DNA from: a virus
Taxonomy: Duplodnaviria; Heunggongvirae; Uroviricota; Caudoviricetes
Virus record (IMG/VR): IMGVR_UViG_3300021387_000091
Span: 5,979-69,978 of that record
Length of the DNA stretch: 64,000 bases
Direction: 5' to 3' (one strand)
Shown: piece after piece, positions 50,457-59,664 of the stretch
How positions within the stretch are numbered: position 1 is the stretch's first letter
Layout of the letters: each line of letters begins with the position of its first letter
Position numbers and translations under genes: made by a program
Notes under the pieces: model-generated
The model's database searches: none
The model's input: only the letters and a program-made list of their open reading frames with translations
Told to the model about the DNA's origin: nothing

Positions 50457-50925
50457 TGTTTAACTTTAAATACTCAGTTATTAATCTCTCTCACTTTTTC
50501 TCTCGTTTTTTGTTTATAAGAGATTCTCTATTTCACTCTTTTGTGTTAAATTTTGATAAGGTTTTACTTGAATTTGTAATCAAATAAGCTTCTAGTATAT
50601 GAGCTTCTTTAGATGTTAAACCCAATCCAACAATTCTACAAGTTCAATCAGAATTTACTGTATTTATCAGTAAATCATTTTTATGATTAAAAGGACGACT
50701 TTTATTTAATCATTTTGATTTTCCATAATGTATTATATCAAAATATCGCCCCATTCCATAATAACGTTCTATTTTAGAATTGTCTTCAAAAATATAAACA
50801 CAAAAATCTCTATCTCAGCTATCAACATCTCTCTTTTTAAATATCTGAGTTAAATCTATAAGCCTGTTTAGGTCAATAGCATATCCATCTTTAGGATGGT
50901 GTATTATAGGTAATAAAACCTGCAT
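50428..50925 (-). CDS. Free-standing GIY-YIG-like endonuclease (165 aa; TGA=Trp)
   Basis: FCVYIF...YYGMG...SRP...LGLTSKEAHILEAYLI pattern. Confidence 0.55.
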
Positions 50926-50931
50926 ATAGAT

Positions 50932-50969
50932 AAAAAAATAAAGCCAGGCATCATTAGATACCCGGCTTT
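50932..50969 (-). terminator. Intrinsic terminator after the 174-aa gene
   Basis: Minus strand AAAGCCGGG/CCUGGCUUU followed by AUUUUUUU. Confidence 0.8.
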
Positions 50970-51009
50970 ATTATTTCTTTATTTAGCCGAAATCAGTTAA
51001 ATAATATTA

Positions 51010-51534
51010 TTAAAACTGACGCTCGTTACCGAACACGATATAGGTTCCTTCCTTAGTGTTGGTAGAAGGAGTGTACTCAAGAGTAAATGCAAGATCCTTA
51101 CCCTCAGTTACATGATAAACAATAATGCACTCGAGGTCAGTCTTAAGATCAGACATAAGCTTCTTAGCCTTCTTCTCAGCATCAGACTTCATAGATGCGG
51201 TTGCTACAACAGCACCAGTGTCTTTACGACGAACTTCATAAACACGCTCTACACTCTTCTTTCCCTCAACAACGTTATTGGTGTATTTATAGGGACGCTC
51301 ACGAGTATCAGCAGAACCACCGGCTACAACAACGATAAGACCAACACCTTCTGCGTTGGCAAGATGATTCTTAGCAAGAGCATCAACTGCAAACTCCTTG
51401 AAAGACTTATCAGTGACAGGAGCACCTGCATTTTTCCAACTTACAGTAACATTACGAACAACAGTAAGACCCATTTCGGCTGCTTTAGCCTTTGCCTCCT
51501 CAAGGGAGAATGCATTAATTTCAAAACGCTTCAT
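51010..51534 (-). CDS. Conserved hypothetical protein, probably highly expressed (174 aa)
   Basis: ATG 51534; markedly higher GC3 (AAG, GAG, ACC, CGT codons) than its neighbours; own promoter and terminator. Confidence 0.8.
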   Translation of the reverse strand: MKRFEINAFSLEEAKAKAAEMGLTVVRNVTVSWKNAGAPVTDKSFKEFAVDALAKNHLANAEGVGLIVVVAGGSADTRERPYKYTNNVVEGKKSVERVYEVRRKDTGAVVATASMKSDAEKKAKKLMSDLKTDLECIIVYHVTEGKDLAFTLEYTPSTNTKEGTYIVFGNERQF

Positions 51535-51645
51535 AATCAATAAATTTTTTAAAACATTAATCCTAGAAAGTTCTTTTACCACCTCTGCCTTTCTTAAAGA
51601 GGTTTTGATTTCTTTAACATTTTGTATCTCTCGAAATCAACAATA

Positions 51646-51677
51646 CAAAGATACAACTAATTTTTTAAACTTCCAAA
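51646..51677 (-). promoter_or_regulatory. Bacteroidota sigma-A type promoter
   Basis: TTTG, 20-nt spacer, TATCTTTG. Confidence 0.8.
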
Positions 51678-51702
51678 TTTATTTAAATAAAATTTTAAAA
51701 TT

Positions 51703-52758
51703 TTACTCAAACTCAATTGGAGTTTTCCATCCAAATATTTGACAAGCAGCTACTCTCTTTAATAATTCTTCAGCTTCATTTTTACCTTCTTTTAGCCAGC
51801 CAGAACTTACATTATAGCATCTACTTGCATAATCTGGAAGTGTTTGCACAACAAGCATATTAGCTTCAGATTTCCATCCAGCTTCTTTACTAGCACCATA
51901 TTTTTTAGAACAATATAGTGATAACACCCACATATACAGATACATCTGACGATAATAATGATAATGTTGCATAGATCCATATTCTTCATTCATAAACCAA
52001 GCAACAGGTTTACCAGTAGTTTTTAAATCATTTAAAGTAATAATTTTATTTTCTGCGTCTACTGTATAATTGTCAGCTTTCATTTTAAAACGAAGAGTTG
52101 TACATTTACATCCTTTATATGTTACAAGAAAATCAATAAAGAAAGCTATTTCGTTATATGATTCTATAGGATCTCCAAATACATCTATAGGATGTAATTT
52201 ATCCATTATTTGTTTGTTATCAAAACAAGATTCAAGACATCCAGAAACAGTATCATAATCATTATCTGATAAAAATATTTCTTCTACATTAGCTTTCTTC
52301 CATCTTGGTTCGTCTAATGCTTCCCAATAAGGAGTACATTTTTCAATAATCCCAGGGATTTTAGAATTAATACTATTTACATAATATCCAACCTCTCTAC
52401 TTGCTTCTCTGATAGTTTCTTCAATTGGAACATTATCTTTTTTATGTGTATAAACATAATCAGCAACTTGTCCAAGTTTAGCTGTAGGCTTGTGTAATTT
52501 TGGGCCTAAAACAAAACTATCTGGCTGAAGCAGACATTCATGTACAGCACTACCAATATTTAGTGAACTTGTTGTAAAATGAGGATTTGATTTATAAAGT
52601 TCTGGAGATCCTTCCTCTAATGGATCTATATATTTTAAACGACTATTGCTAATATATCCCTGATATTTTCTGGAAAAATATAAATCATCGCTAATATCAA
52701 GTCGTTTAATAGAATCCATTATAGGAACAATCTTAAAATCTGAAAAATTAAGTTTCAT
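51703..52758 (-). CDS. PD-(D/E)xK exonuclease (RecE/DUF3799-like; 351 aa)
   Basis: ISNSRL, GSAVHE, E..FF, KMKADNY, LNDLKTT, YYRQMYLY. Confidence 0.75.
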   Translation of the reverse strand: MKLNFSDFKIVPIMDSIKRLDISDDLYFSRKYQGYISNSRLKYIDPLEEGSPELYKSNPHFTTSSLNIGSAVHECLLQPDSFVLGPKLHKPTAKLGQVADYVYTHKKDNVPIEETIREASREVGYYVNSINSKIPGIIEKCTPYWEALDEPRWKKANVEEIFLSDNDYDTVSGCLESCFDNKQIMDKLHPIDVFGDPIESYNEIAFFIDFLVTYKGCKCTTLRFKMKADNYTVDAENKIITLNDLKTTGKPVAWFMNEEYGSMQHYHYYRQMYLYMWVLSLYCSKKYGASKEAGWKSEANMLVVQTLPDYASRCYNVSSGWLKEGKNEAEELLKRVAACQIFGWKTPIEFE

Positions 52759-53083
52759 CTTGTAATATTTTGTTTATTTTATTTATATGCGATTGAATAT
52801 AATCACTTCCAAAAATGTCTCCAACAATAAAGACTTTTTCTCCATCATATTCAATAAAATTATGGATTAGTTTATTATCAAACATTAGTTTAGATGCAAT
52901 AAAATACGGCAATTCATTAAGAACCAAATAATTTAAAATTGTTTGAAAATCATAATGAAAAACCAAATCCACACAACTGAATACATCATAAAAATAAGAA
53001 AGCCTATCTAATTTATCTAAATCGCCTTCTTTTAAATTATTATTATATGTATAAATAAGTTCTTCAGAAAAAGTGTTTTCCAT
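52748..53083 (-). CDS. Hypothetical protein (111 aa)
   Basis: ORF track; overlapping junctions. Confidence 0.6.
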   Translation of the reverse strand: MENTFSEELIYTYNNNLKEGDLDKLDRLSYFYDVFSCVDLVFHYDFQTILNYLVLNELPYFIASKLMFDNKLIHNFIEYDGEKVFIVGDIFGSDYIQSHINKINKILQDET

Positions 53084-53835
53084 TATTTTATAGGCAAATT
53101 TAAATTATAAATTCTTCTATGTCCAACATTGTAATATTTGTTATGTGGCGCATCAACTAAATAACAAAATACTCCTGCATCAATAGCATCTTTGTAATTT
53201 TGAAATTTATCATCACAAAGAATACTAACATTGTGTTTCTTTAATAATTCTACCTTACTTTCATTCCAAGGAACACAATATACTGGAGCACAAGGAAACC
53301 CATTTCTTTCCAGATTCTTTTTAGTCCATTCAACAGGAATGGATCTACTTGTTATATATAAATCAGGTTCAAATGTTGGCATGTGTTTTGTTGGAAGAGT
53401 TGTCCAAAATTCTTCATCTTTAGATAACTCTTCCAATTTAGCTTTCATTTCATAAGTTCCATTCCAGTAATCATTACATTTAATTCCTGTTCTTTGTTCA
53501 AAAGCACCTATGAAATCTAAACACACATCATCTATATCTAATGCAACAATCGGCCGATTTATAGGAAGAAATTCCCGATTATCACCAGCAGGATTTATAT
53601 AAAAATACTCACTAAGTATTAATGCATTTGTTGCTACTTCTGCAATAGATAAATTTCCTTCTGGTGTAAAATCTTCTCCTTTTTCAAAAGCTAATAAATG
53701 CTTTTTAAGTGAAGACAAAACATCTGTCCAATTAAGGCCATGTTTCCATTCTCCAACCTCATGTTTATCTAACTTTGAATTTAGAACCTTATGAACCTCC
53801 TCTATACCTCTAATTGGGATTAGATCGTATCTCAT
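53083..53835 (-). CDS. dATP/dGTP diphosphohydrolase-like (DUF5664) domain fused to a HAD 5'(3')-deoxyribonucleotidase
   Basis: N-terminal RYDLIP...EEV..V...W.HG...SLKKHL..FEKGED; C-terminal ALDIDDV, ITSR, DDKFQN. Confidence 0.7.
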   Translation of the reverse strand: MRYDLIPIRGIEEVHKVLNSKLDKHEVGEWKHGLNWTDVLSSLKKHLLAFEKGEDFTPEGNLSIAEVATNALILSEYFYINPAGDNREFLPINRPIVALDIDDVCLDFIGAFEQRTGIKCNDYWNGTYEMKAKLEELSKDEEFWTTLPTKHMPTFEPDLYITSRSIPVEWTKKNLERNGFPCAPVYCVPWNESKVELLKKHNVSILCDDKFQNYKDAIDAGVFCYLVDAPHNKYYNVGHRRIYNLNLPIK

Positions 53836-55111
53836 ATTTTCTAGTATCTACGTTAAAGATAATTCGGTTTGTAACAAAATAATAATCATCATCTATTTTT
53901 ACAATATCTGAACTACTCTCTGTTCCATCCGGATTAACAATAATATTTTCGTCTATATAGCTTTGTGGATAAGTATCTCCTCCATATCTACCGTATACAC
54001 AAACCGCCTCTTCAGAATTAGGTACATAATCATCTAGACCCTCGCAAAACCAGCAACAATCATCACAATAATAAGCTTCTGCCCATTCTGACCAATGTAA
54101 TTCATCGGGAGTATCTCCATCATATCCATGGAAAACTGCACCACAATTTTCACAGGTATATGTATCTCCTCTATATTCGCCATCGGTAGAATCTAACACA
54201 AAAGCACCATTACCATTTGTGGTATAAATAGTCTTATCTCCATCAAAATATCTAAAAGAATCTACATATGGATAATATTCATATGATTTCTTTAACGTTA
54301 TTTCGAACGCTCTAGTATTTATATCTGTATAATCATCATCTGGACTATACCATTCCTGATCCTCTCCTGTACTTAGCAAACTATTATTTGCTCTAATCCA
54401 CCATTTATGCTCCTTAGCATAATCAATAAAACAATTCTCAAGATAGTCAAAACAAGTATAAATCCTATCCAATATTGTAACACCGTCTACTTCCCAAACA
54501 ATAGCACGTCCAGTAAGCAATCCATCCTTTTTAGTAATTAGCATTTTTGCATTATCTACATACATGTCAAAGAAAGGTTGTGCATGTGAATAACGCATAC
54601 AACTATTTCCTAATGTACCATCACACTTATAATAATGTTCATCTAAATACCAATAACGAATGTCTTCACCTTCTACTAATTCAAACTCAGCACATTGACA
54701 AAGTTCAGCCTTGAATAAGTTAGTGAAAATTTCCCACTCTCTTGTTTTAAATTCACGTTTAAGTAACTTTTGGAAAATTCTTGCAGCTTTTCCAGTTTGT
54801 CGATTTCTTCTAGCCCACGTTCTATTAGGGCCATATTCTGGTTCTTTTCCTTTTGGCAAAAAAGATACTTCAAATTCTCCAAGTCTTATAGTAATCATTC
54901 TAACTTCATCAGTTATTCTAGAATTAATTACCTTATCAACAATATCTTCTCCAAGTTGTGGAGTAATACCATAAGACATATCGTTAAAATTATTAACGAT
55001 AATATCGATATCAAGTAATTCTTTTGCAATTGGATCAGAAGATTTATTATAAATTGATTCTATTATTTCTCTTAGAGAACCACTTAAAATTGGTAAAAGT
55101 TTATCCATCAT
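53810..55111 (-). CDS. Conserved phage hypothetical protein (433 aa) with a Cys-rich C-terminus
   Basis: SCMRY, GRAIVW, LDRIY and YPYVDSF motifs; CxxC...YYCDDC. Confidence 0.75.
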   Translation of the reverse strand: MMDKLLPILSGSLREIIESIYNKSSDPIAKELLDIDIIVNNFNDMSYGITPQLGEDIVDKVINSRITDEVRMITIRLGEFEVSFLPKGKEPEYGPNRTWARRNRQTGKAARIFQKLLKREFKTREWEIFTNLFKAELCQCAEFELVEGEDIRYWYLDEHYYKCDGTLGNSCMRYSHAQPFFDMYVDNAKMLITKKDGLLTGRAIVWEVDGVTILDRIYTCFDYLENCFIDYAKEHKWWIRANNSLLSTGEDQEWYSPDDDYTDINTRAFEITLKKSYEYYPYVDSFRYFDGDKTIYTTNGNGAFVLDSTDGEYRGDTYTCENCGAVFHGYDGDTPDELHWSEWAEAYYCDDCCWFCEGLDDYVPNSEEAVCVYGRYGGDTYPQSYIDENIIVNPDGTESSSDIVKIDDDYYFVTNRIIFNVDTRKYEIRSNPN

Positions 55112-55152
55112 ACTCCTTCGTTGATAGTTATATTAAGTATCATCAATGGGTA

Positions 55153-55353
55153 TTAATTACTCATATTTCTTAGCATTGAAATAATTGCATGCGCTAAGTT
55201 TACAATAATATCTTTGCTTACATCTTCATCTTTTTTTATTTCTGGCTCAATTTGAACTTCACTGAATTCAAGTGAATCAGAATTAACATCATAATTCATT
55301 GGAATTACAACGATTCTATCTTTATTGTTAATTGTTATTTTTATATCTGCCAT
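55153..55353 (-). CDS. Hypothetical protein (66 aa)
   Basis: ORF track. Confidence 0.55.
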   Translation of the reverse strand: MADIKITINNKDRIVVIPMNYDVNSDSLEFSEVQIEPEIKKDEDVSKDIIVNLAHAIISMLRNMSN

Positions 55354-56183
55354 AATATACTTTTTCCTCCTTTTGTAGAATGTAATATATAATTTATAGA
55401 ATTACTTACAGGATATGTTCTTAAAATAGATGAGTCTTTCGTAGACATATAACAAAAGCTATCCATATAAGGAAAGTTTGAATAATTATTTTTCAATGGT
55501 ATTTTTATATATAATTCCTTCGGATTCTCATAATTATCTTCTGGTAATAGCCATTGTTGTACTTTGCCATACTCAACATATACGTTTTTATTCAAACACC
55601 CCCATTTCATTGATTTAGCATATTCATAAAATTTATGCTCAATAAAATTTTCAGTAGTATAAACCCTATCCATTAAATAAGATCCCTTATATGGCCATAA
55701 TATTGCTCTCCCTAATATACGCCTTCCACGCTTTGGAGTCATAATCAACATCTTAGCATTATCTTCATATATCTTAAAATAATTATCTTTTTGGCATTTA
55801 AGATAACGCATGCAACTCTTATTTAAAGTACCATGACTAGGAACATAATTAGCTCTAAAATAAGCTTTAGTAATATCACCGCCTTCAATTATTTGAAAAC
55901 GACCTGTATCAGAAAGAATAGATTTTATTTTCTCACAAATATGAGTAATTTGTGCTGATGTAAGACCACTATACGCCTTTTTTAAATATTTACCAATAGT
56001 ACATTTTTGATACAAATAAATAGATTCAATACAATTTAGTTCTTTTACAATTGTAAAATAAGCATATTTATCATCAACTATTTGATCTCGATACTGAAAA
56101 GTATAATTATCAGATTCGTACTGATCTAAATCTTCATATCCATTAAAGATATGTTTCGCTAAAAAATCTCTTATATAAAACAT
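55341..56183 (-). CDS. Paralog of the 53810-55111 protein (280 aa)
   Basis: SCMRY, GRAILW, MDRVY and FPYMDSF; start reassigned to ATG 56183, downstream of the terminator. Confidence 0.7.
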   Translation of the reverse strand: MFYIRDFLAKHIFNGYEDLDQYESDNYTFQYRDQIVDDKYAYFTIVKELNCIESIYLYQKCTIGKYLKKAYSGLTSAQITHICEKIKSILSDTGRFQIIEGGDITKAYFRANYVPSHGTLNKSCMRYLKCQKDNYFKIYEDNAKMLIMTPKRGRRILGRAILWPYKGSYLMDRVYTTENFIEHKFYEYAKSMKWGCLNKNVYVEYGKVQQWLLPEDNYENPKELYIKIPLKNNYSNFPYMDSFCYMSTKDSSILRTYPVSNSINYILHSTKGGKSILWQI

Positions 56184-56187
56184 AATA

Positions 56188-56223
56188 AATAAAAAGTGAG
56201 GACTATTAAATGTCCTCACTTTT
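56188..56223 (-). terminator. Intrinsic terminator overlapping the resolvase stop
   Basis: AAAAGTGAGGAC/GTCCTCACTTTT perfect 12-bp inverted repeat followed by TTATTT on the minus strand. Confidence 0.8.
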
Positions 56224-56649
56224 AGAATAAGGTTTAATTAATTTATAAAATAATGATTTATCCATAATTACAGCTTCGCCAACAGATATAATATTAACCT
56301 CTCTTTTTTCTTGTTTTGATCATATAATTACAAAATCTTCTGGATTAACTGTAGACTCAGATCGTATTTTAAAGTATTGAGGAATATTTTGTGTACACTT
56401 TAATTGAATTGAACATGGAAGTTTATTTTCTTTATCAATTAAGTCTACTTTATTATCATCCATGGCCTTAGATTCACTTCTACTTGTAACAATCCCAGAA
56501 AATCCCAAATCTCTTAACTCTTTAGCAATTTTAGTCTCATAGTTATGTCCTTTTGTACGACTATAAGCTTTGCTTCTTGTTCTTTTCTTTTTAGGAACTT
56601 CTATCTCTTCAAGTGTAGGAAGTTCTACATTTTTGTTACGTTTCGCCAT
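56206..56649 (-). CDS. PD-(D/E)xK nuclease, Holliday-junction-resolvase-like (147 aa; one TGA=Trp)
   Basis: KGHNYE..IAKEL...G....TSR.ES...D...VDLID...IQLK pattern. Confidence 0.7.
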
Positions 56650-57667
56650 AATATTTTTTTGCTTTGTTAACTAATTCCAGCGTTTTAGCATATCCAAATT
56701 TTTTTCTATAATCAGAAAAATCTTTTGCGTCGTTTCTATTTAGCAATAAACACTTTAATTCTGGATATTGTTTGTGAATCTTATTTGTAGCCCTAACTCC
56801 AGGTAAATCATTATCGTACAATAAATATATATTTTTAAATTTACTTTTAACTTTATTATATTGCGCTTCCGTTAAAAATAAATTTTCAGAACATGGTGCA
56901 ATCGCAGGTATTCCAAATTCATATAAACACATTACATCTTTTAATGATTTCGTAATAACTAAATAGTCGCCTCCATCCTTAGGCAACATGTGTGCACCTT
57001 GAATATATATCGATTTCCAGTTAGATATAAATCTAGCTATTGTACGTTTTGGTCAATAAATACGTCATTGTTCTATACCATCTTTAATACCTCCATAATA
57101 TCCAAAAACAGGTTGATCTGAAACATTAGTATAAAACAAATTACTATTTAGTCAAACAGCATCTATAGGATAAACTTGAAATTTTGTTAATGTTGAACGA
57201 GAGATACCATATCTTCCTCATCAATCCAATTCTTGCTGCTTAAACTCCCTAGTTTGTATTTGAATAACTGCTGATTTCTGCTCTTCAAATTTAGTGCCAG
57301 TTGGATTAATTTTTGCTTTATTTATTTTTAAATCAGGCCTATTTATAATTCCAAAATCGTTTGCAATAATTTGAAGTGCCATATAATAAGAGACATTGAA
57401 TAAAGCCATTACATAAGCAAAACAATCTCCACTAAAATTAGATCCGAAGTCTTTCATTATTAATCGACCACGTTTATTTCTATATAATCCAACAGTAGGC
57501 TTATGATCTTGTCTTAACTTTGAACAAAAGAGTCCCTTTTTAATAGGGACTCCATAATGTTCAAAAATTGTTTCTTCAGAAACTTTACTCAAAATTAATT
57601 CTTTTGTTAGTGGTTGTTCTTCTTCTAACCCAACGGTTTCTGAAAAATCAAATAGTATGTCTCCCAT
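56636..57667 (-). CDS. dnaG: DNA primase (343 aa; five TGA=Trp, including a TGA-TGA pair)
   Basis: FCSKLRQDHKPT, KDFG; TOPRIM ITKSLKDV and YDNDLPG; fragments in frame. Confidence 0.9.
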
Positions 57668-57676
57668 TAAATGTTA

Positions 57677-58366
57677 TTAGAACGGCAAATCGTCAGAAGT
57701 ATCGTTTACACCAAGAGCTTCACCTATTCCATCTAGCGTAGAATTAGAAGTAGCCATATTTGTAGGACGACTGTTAGCCGCAGCAGCAATCTTTTTCTGC
57801 TCAGACTGAGACAAAACCAAATCGTGTCCAATAAATCTGGTTGAAATTCCGAGAAGTCCTGCACGATTAATTCTAGCAGGAAAACCAGGAATCTGATTAA
57901 ATCCATTATTTCCAGGAATAAGTTTTACTTCTACAGACTTTCCAATATAAGGATCGGTAAGAGCTTTTGATAACTTAACAAGTTGTTCAAATGTAGAAAT
58001 TTTGCTCATATCTACACTCTTTCCGTTTACAACAACGGCTTTATTATCAATCATTTCTCCAATAGCTGGATCTAGAGCATCAAAAATTTGACGCAAGGCA
58101 ACCATGAAATGATCTTTTTGTGAAGGCTGTAGTCCATAATTTCCTTCAACTCTTTCATCTGAAGTAGGTTCAAAGAAATTATTTGTAAATTCACCATAAC
58201 CATCAATATCAAGAGTAAGAGTCATGGTATTATAAGTCTGACCCTTTGCCTGAGAAGTTACAGAACCAAGAGTTAAACCATTAAATTTTGCAGTATGAAT
58301 ACCTGCTGAAAGAAAATTACTAGTGTCTTTAAGTCCAGTTGTACTGGATAGATCAAACATTCCCAT
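57677..58366 (-). CDS. Putative single-stranded DNA-binding protein (229 aa)
   Basis: Lies between the annealing ATPase and primase; acidic C-terminal DDLPF tail. Confidence 0.65.
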   Translation of the reverse strand: MGMFDLSSTTGLKDTSNFLSAGIHTAKFNGLTLGSVTSQAKGQTYNTMTLTLDIDGYGEFTNNFFEPTSDERVEGNYGLQPSQKDHFMVALRQIFDALDPAIGEMIDNKAVVVNGKSVDMSKISTFEQLVKLSKALTDPYIGKSVEVKLIPGNNGFNQIPGFPARINRAGLLGISTRFIGHDLVLSQSEQKKIAAAANSRPTNMATSNSTLDGIGEALGVNDTSDDLPF

Positions 58367-58388
58367 AATTATTTAGTTATTAAAATTG

Positions 58389-58937
58389 TTAAAATGGCAG
58401 ATCATCATCTGCGTTAGAAGCTGTTATTGCTTCAATCTCTTTATCTATTTCTGAATTATTTAATGCTTCTGCATCAGAATTTTCTTCTGATAAAGTTTCA
58501 TCGTCATTAGAGCTAGTTATTGGAATTAATTTCCAAACACCATCTTTATATTCTTCTAAAGTAAAAAATGTTCCAAATTCAACAAGAGTATTTCTTTTTT
58601 CTCCTCTAAAAGCTATAGTACCTTTTTGTGTTAGTCTATTACCGTCATGTCGATCTGTAAATATTTCAGCTTTTCCAATGATAGGTACTGCTTTTCCAAT
58701 ACCTTCGTTTATATACTGAATTGAAATTCTATCATCTGCTTTTGCATCAAGCTTAGCCAATGCTGTTTTTGACAGCTGTAATTTATTTTCAAGAACCTCT
58801 AGGTCTGGACGTTCATCACATTCAATAATAGGAGAACTATTTGCAGAAACACTTCTACTTTTACCTTCAACATCTACAACTTTAACATTTGTAATAGATT
58901 TTGAAGTTTCATTAAAATCAAAAGAAATTCTAAGCAT
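58389..58937 (-). CDS. Hypothetical protein with an SSB-like DDLPF tail (182 aa)
   Basis: ORF track; ends NADDDLPF. Confidence 0.65.
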   Translation of the reverse strand: MLRISFDFNETSKSITNVKVVDVEGKSRSVSANSSPIIECDERPDLEVLENKLQLSKTALAKLDAKADDRISIQYINEGIGKAVPIIGKAEIFTDRHDGNRLTQKGTIAFRGEKRNTLVEFGTFFTLEEYKDGVWKLIPITSSNDDETLSEENSDAEALNNSEIDKEIEAITASNADDDLPF

Positions 58938-59664
58938 TTTCAGAAGGAAATATACGTTCCCAATGATAAATTATATTACCATCATCTTGCATTTCTCCAA
59001 GTACAACATCTTTGTTTCTAAGATGTTCTGGCCTAGAACCACAATCTACAAATTTATCATTACTGTTAAAACTTAAAACAGAATTAGAATCATCATCTCT
59101 ATATAAATATCCAATTGCATCAGATCTAGAGGCCAAAACTCTACCAGTTTTACCGGTTAAATCAATAACTTTTGCGGTGATATCACTGTTTGCTACAGCA
59201 GAATCTTTTACATGGCATACTAAAATTATATTAGGTACTACTTTTTGAAACATGTCAATTACCATTTCAATAGCATCTCTAATTTTACTATACCCAGCGC
59301 CCATTGGTGCATCAAGAACGTCTTTGCCGACAAACTTAGAACCAGCTGGAGTATCTAAATAAAGTTTAAGAGCCAATGGCTTTACAATTTCTTCAAGCTT
59401 TGTAATAGTATCTAGCGTAAGATATTTATAAGGACATCCTGCAGCTTTAATTGCTTTAGCAATATCTTTTAAATCCTCTAAATTTTTTGCTTCAACTTTA
59501 AGGGCATCAATATATTTATAACCACCCTCTAAATCAATAATTAAATTATTAGGAAGTGCAGCAAGCGCTGTAGATTTGCCTATTTTTGGTTTACCAAACA
59601 CAATTAAATATTGTGGATCCTGTAGATTAGCTTTTATTTTTGTTTTTGGTAATTCAATTGCCAT
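58930..59664 (-). CDS. AAA_24 / Sak4-like P-loop ATPase (244 aa)
   Basis: VFGKPKIGKST, IIDLEGG, LTLDTIT, ILVCHVK. Confidence 0.8.
   Translation of the reverse strand: MAIELPKTKIKANLQDPQYLIVFGKPKIGKSTALAALPNNLIIDLEGGYKYIDALKVEAKNLEDLKDIAKAIKAAGCPYKYLTLDTITKLEEIVKPLALKLYLDTPAGSKFVGKDVLDAPMGAGYSKIRDAIEMVIDMFQKVVPNIILVCHVKDSAVANSDITAKVIDLTGKTGRVLASRSDAIGYLYRDDDSNSVLSFNSNDKFVDCGSRPEHLRNKDVVLGEMQDDGNIIYHWERIFPSENA

Noticed and set aside
41414-56219. Upstream alternative starts given in the ORF track (41461, 40065, 44426, 51582, 56219)
   Set aside because: They extend into terminators, promoters or upstream genes. Downstream ATGs with A/T-rich leaders were preferred.
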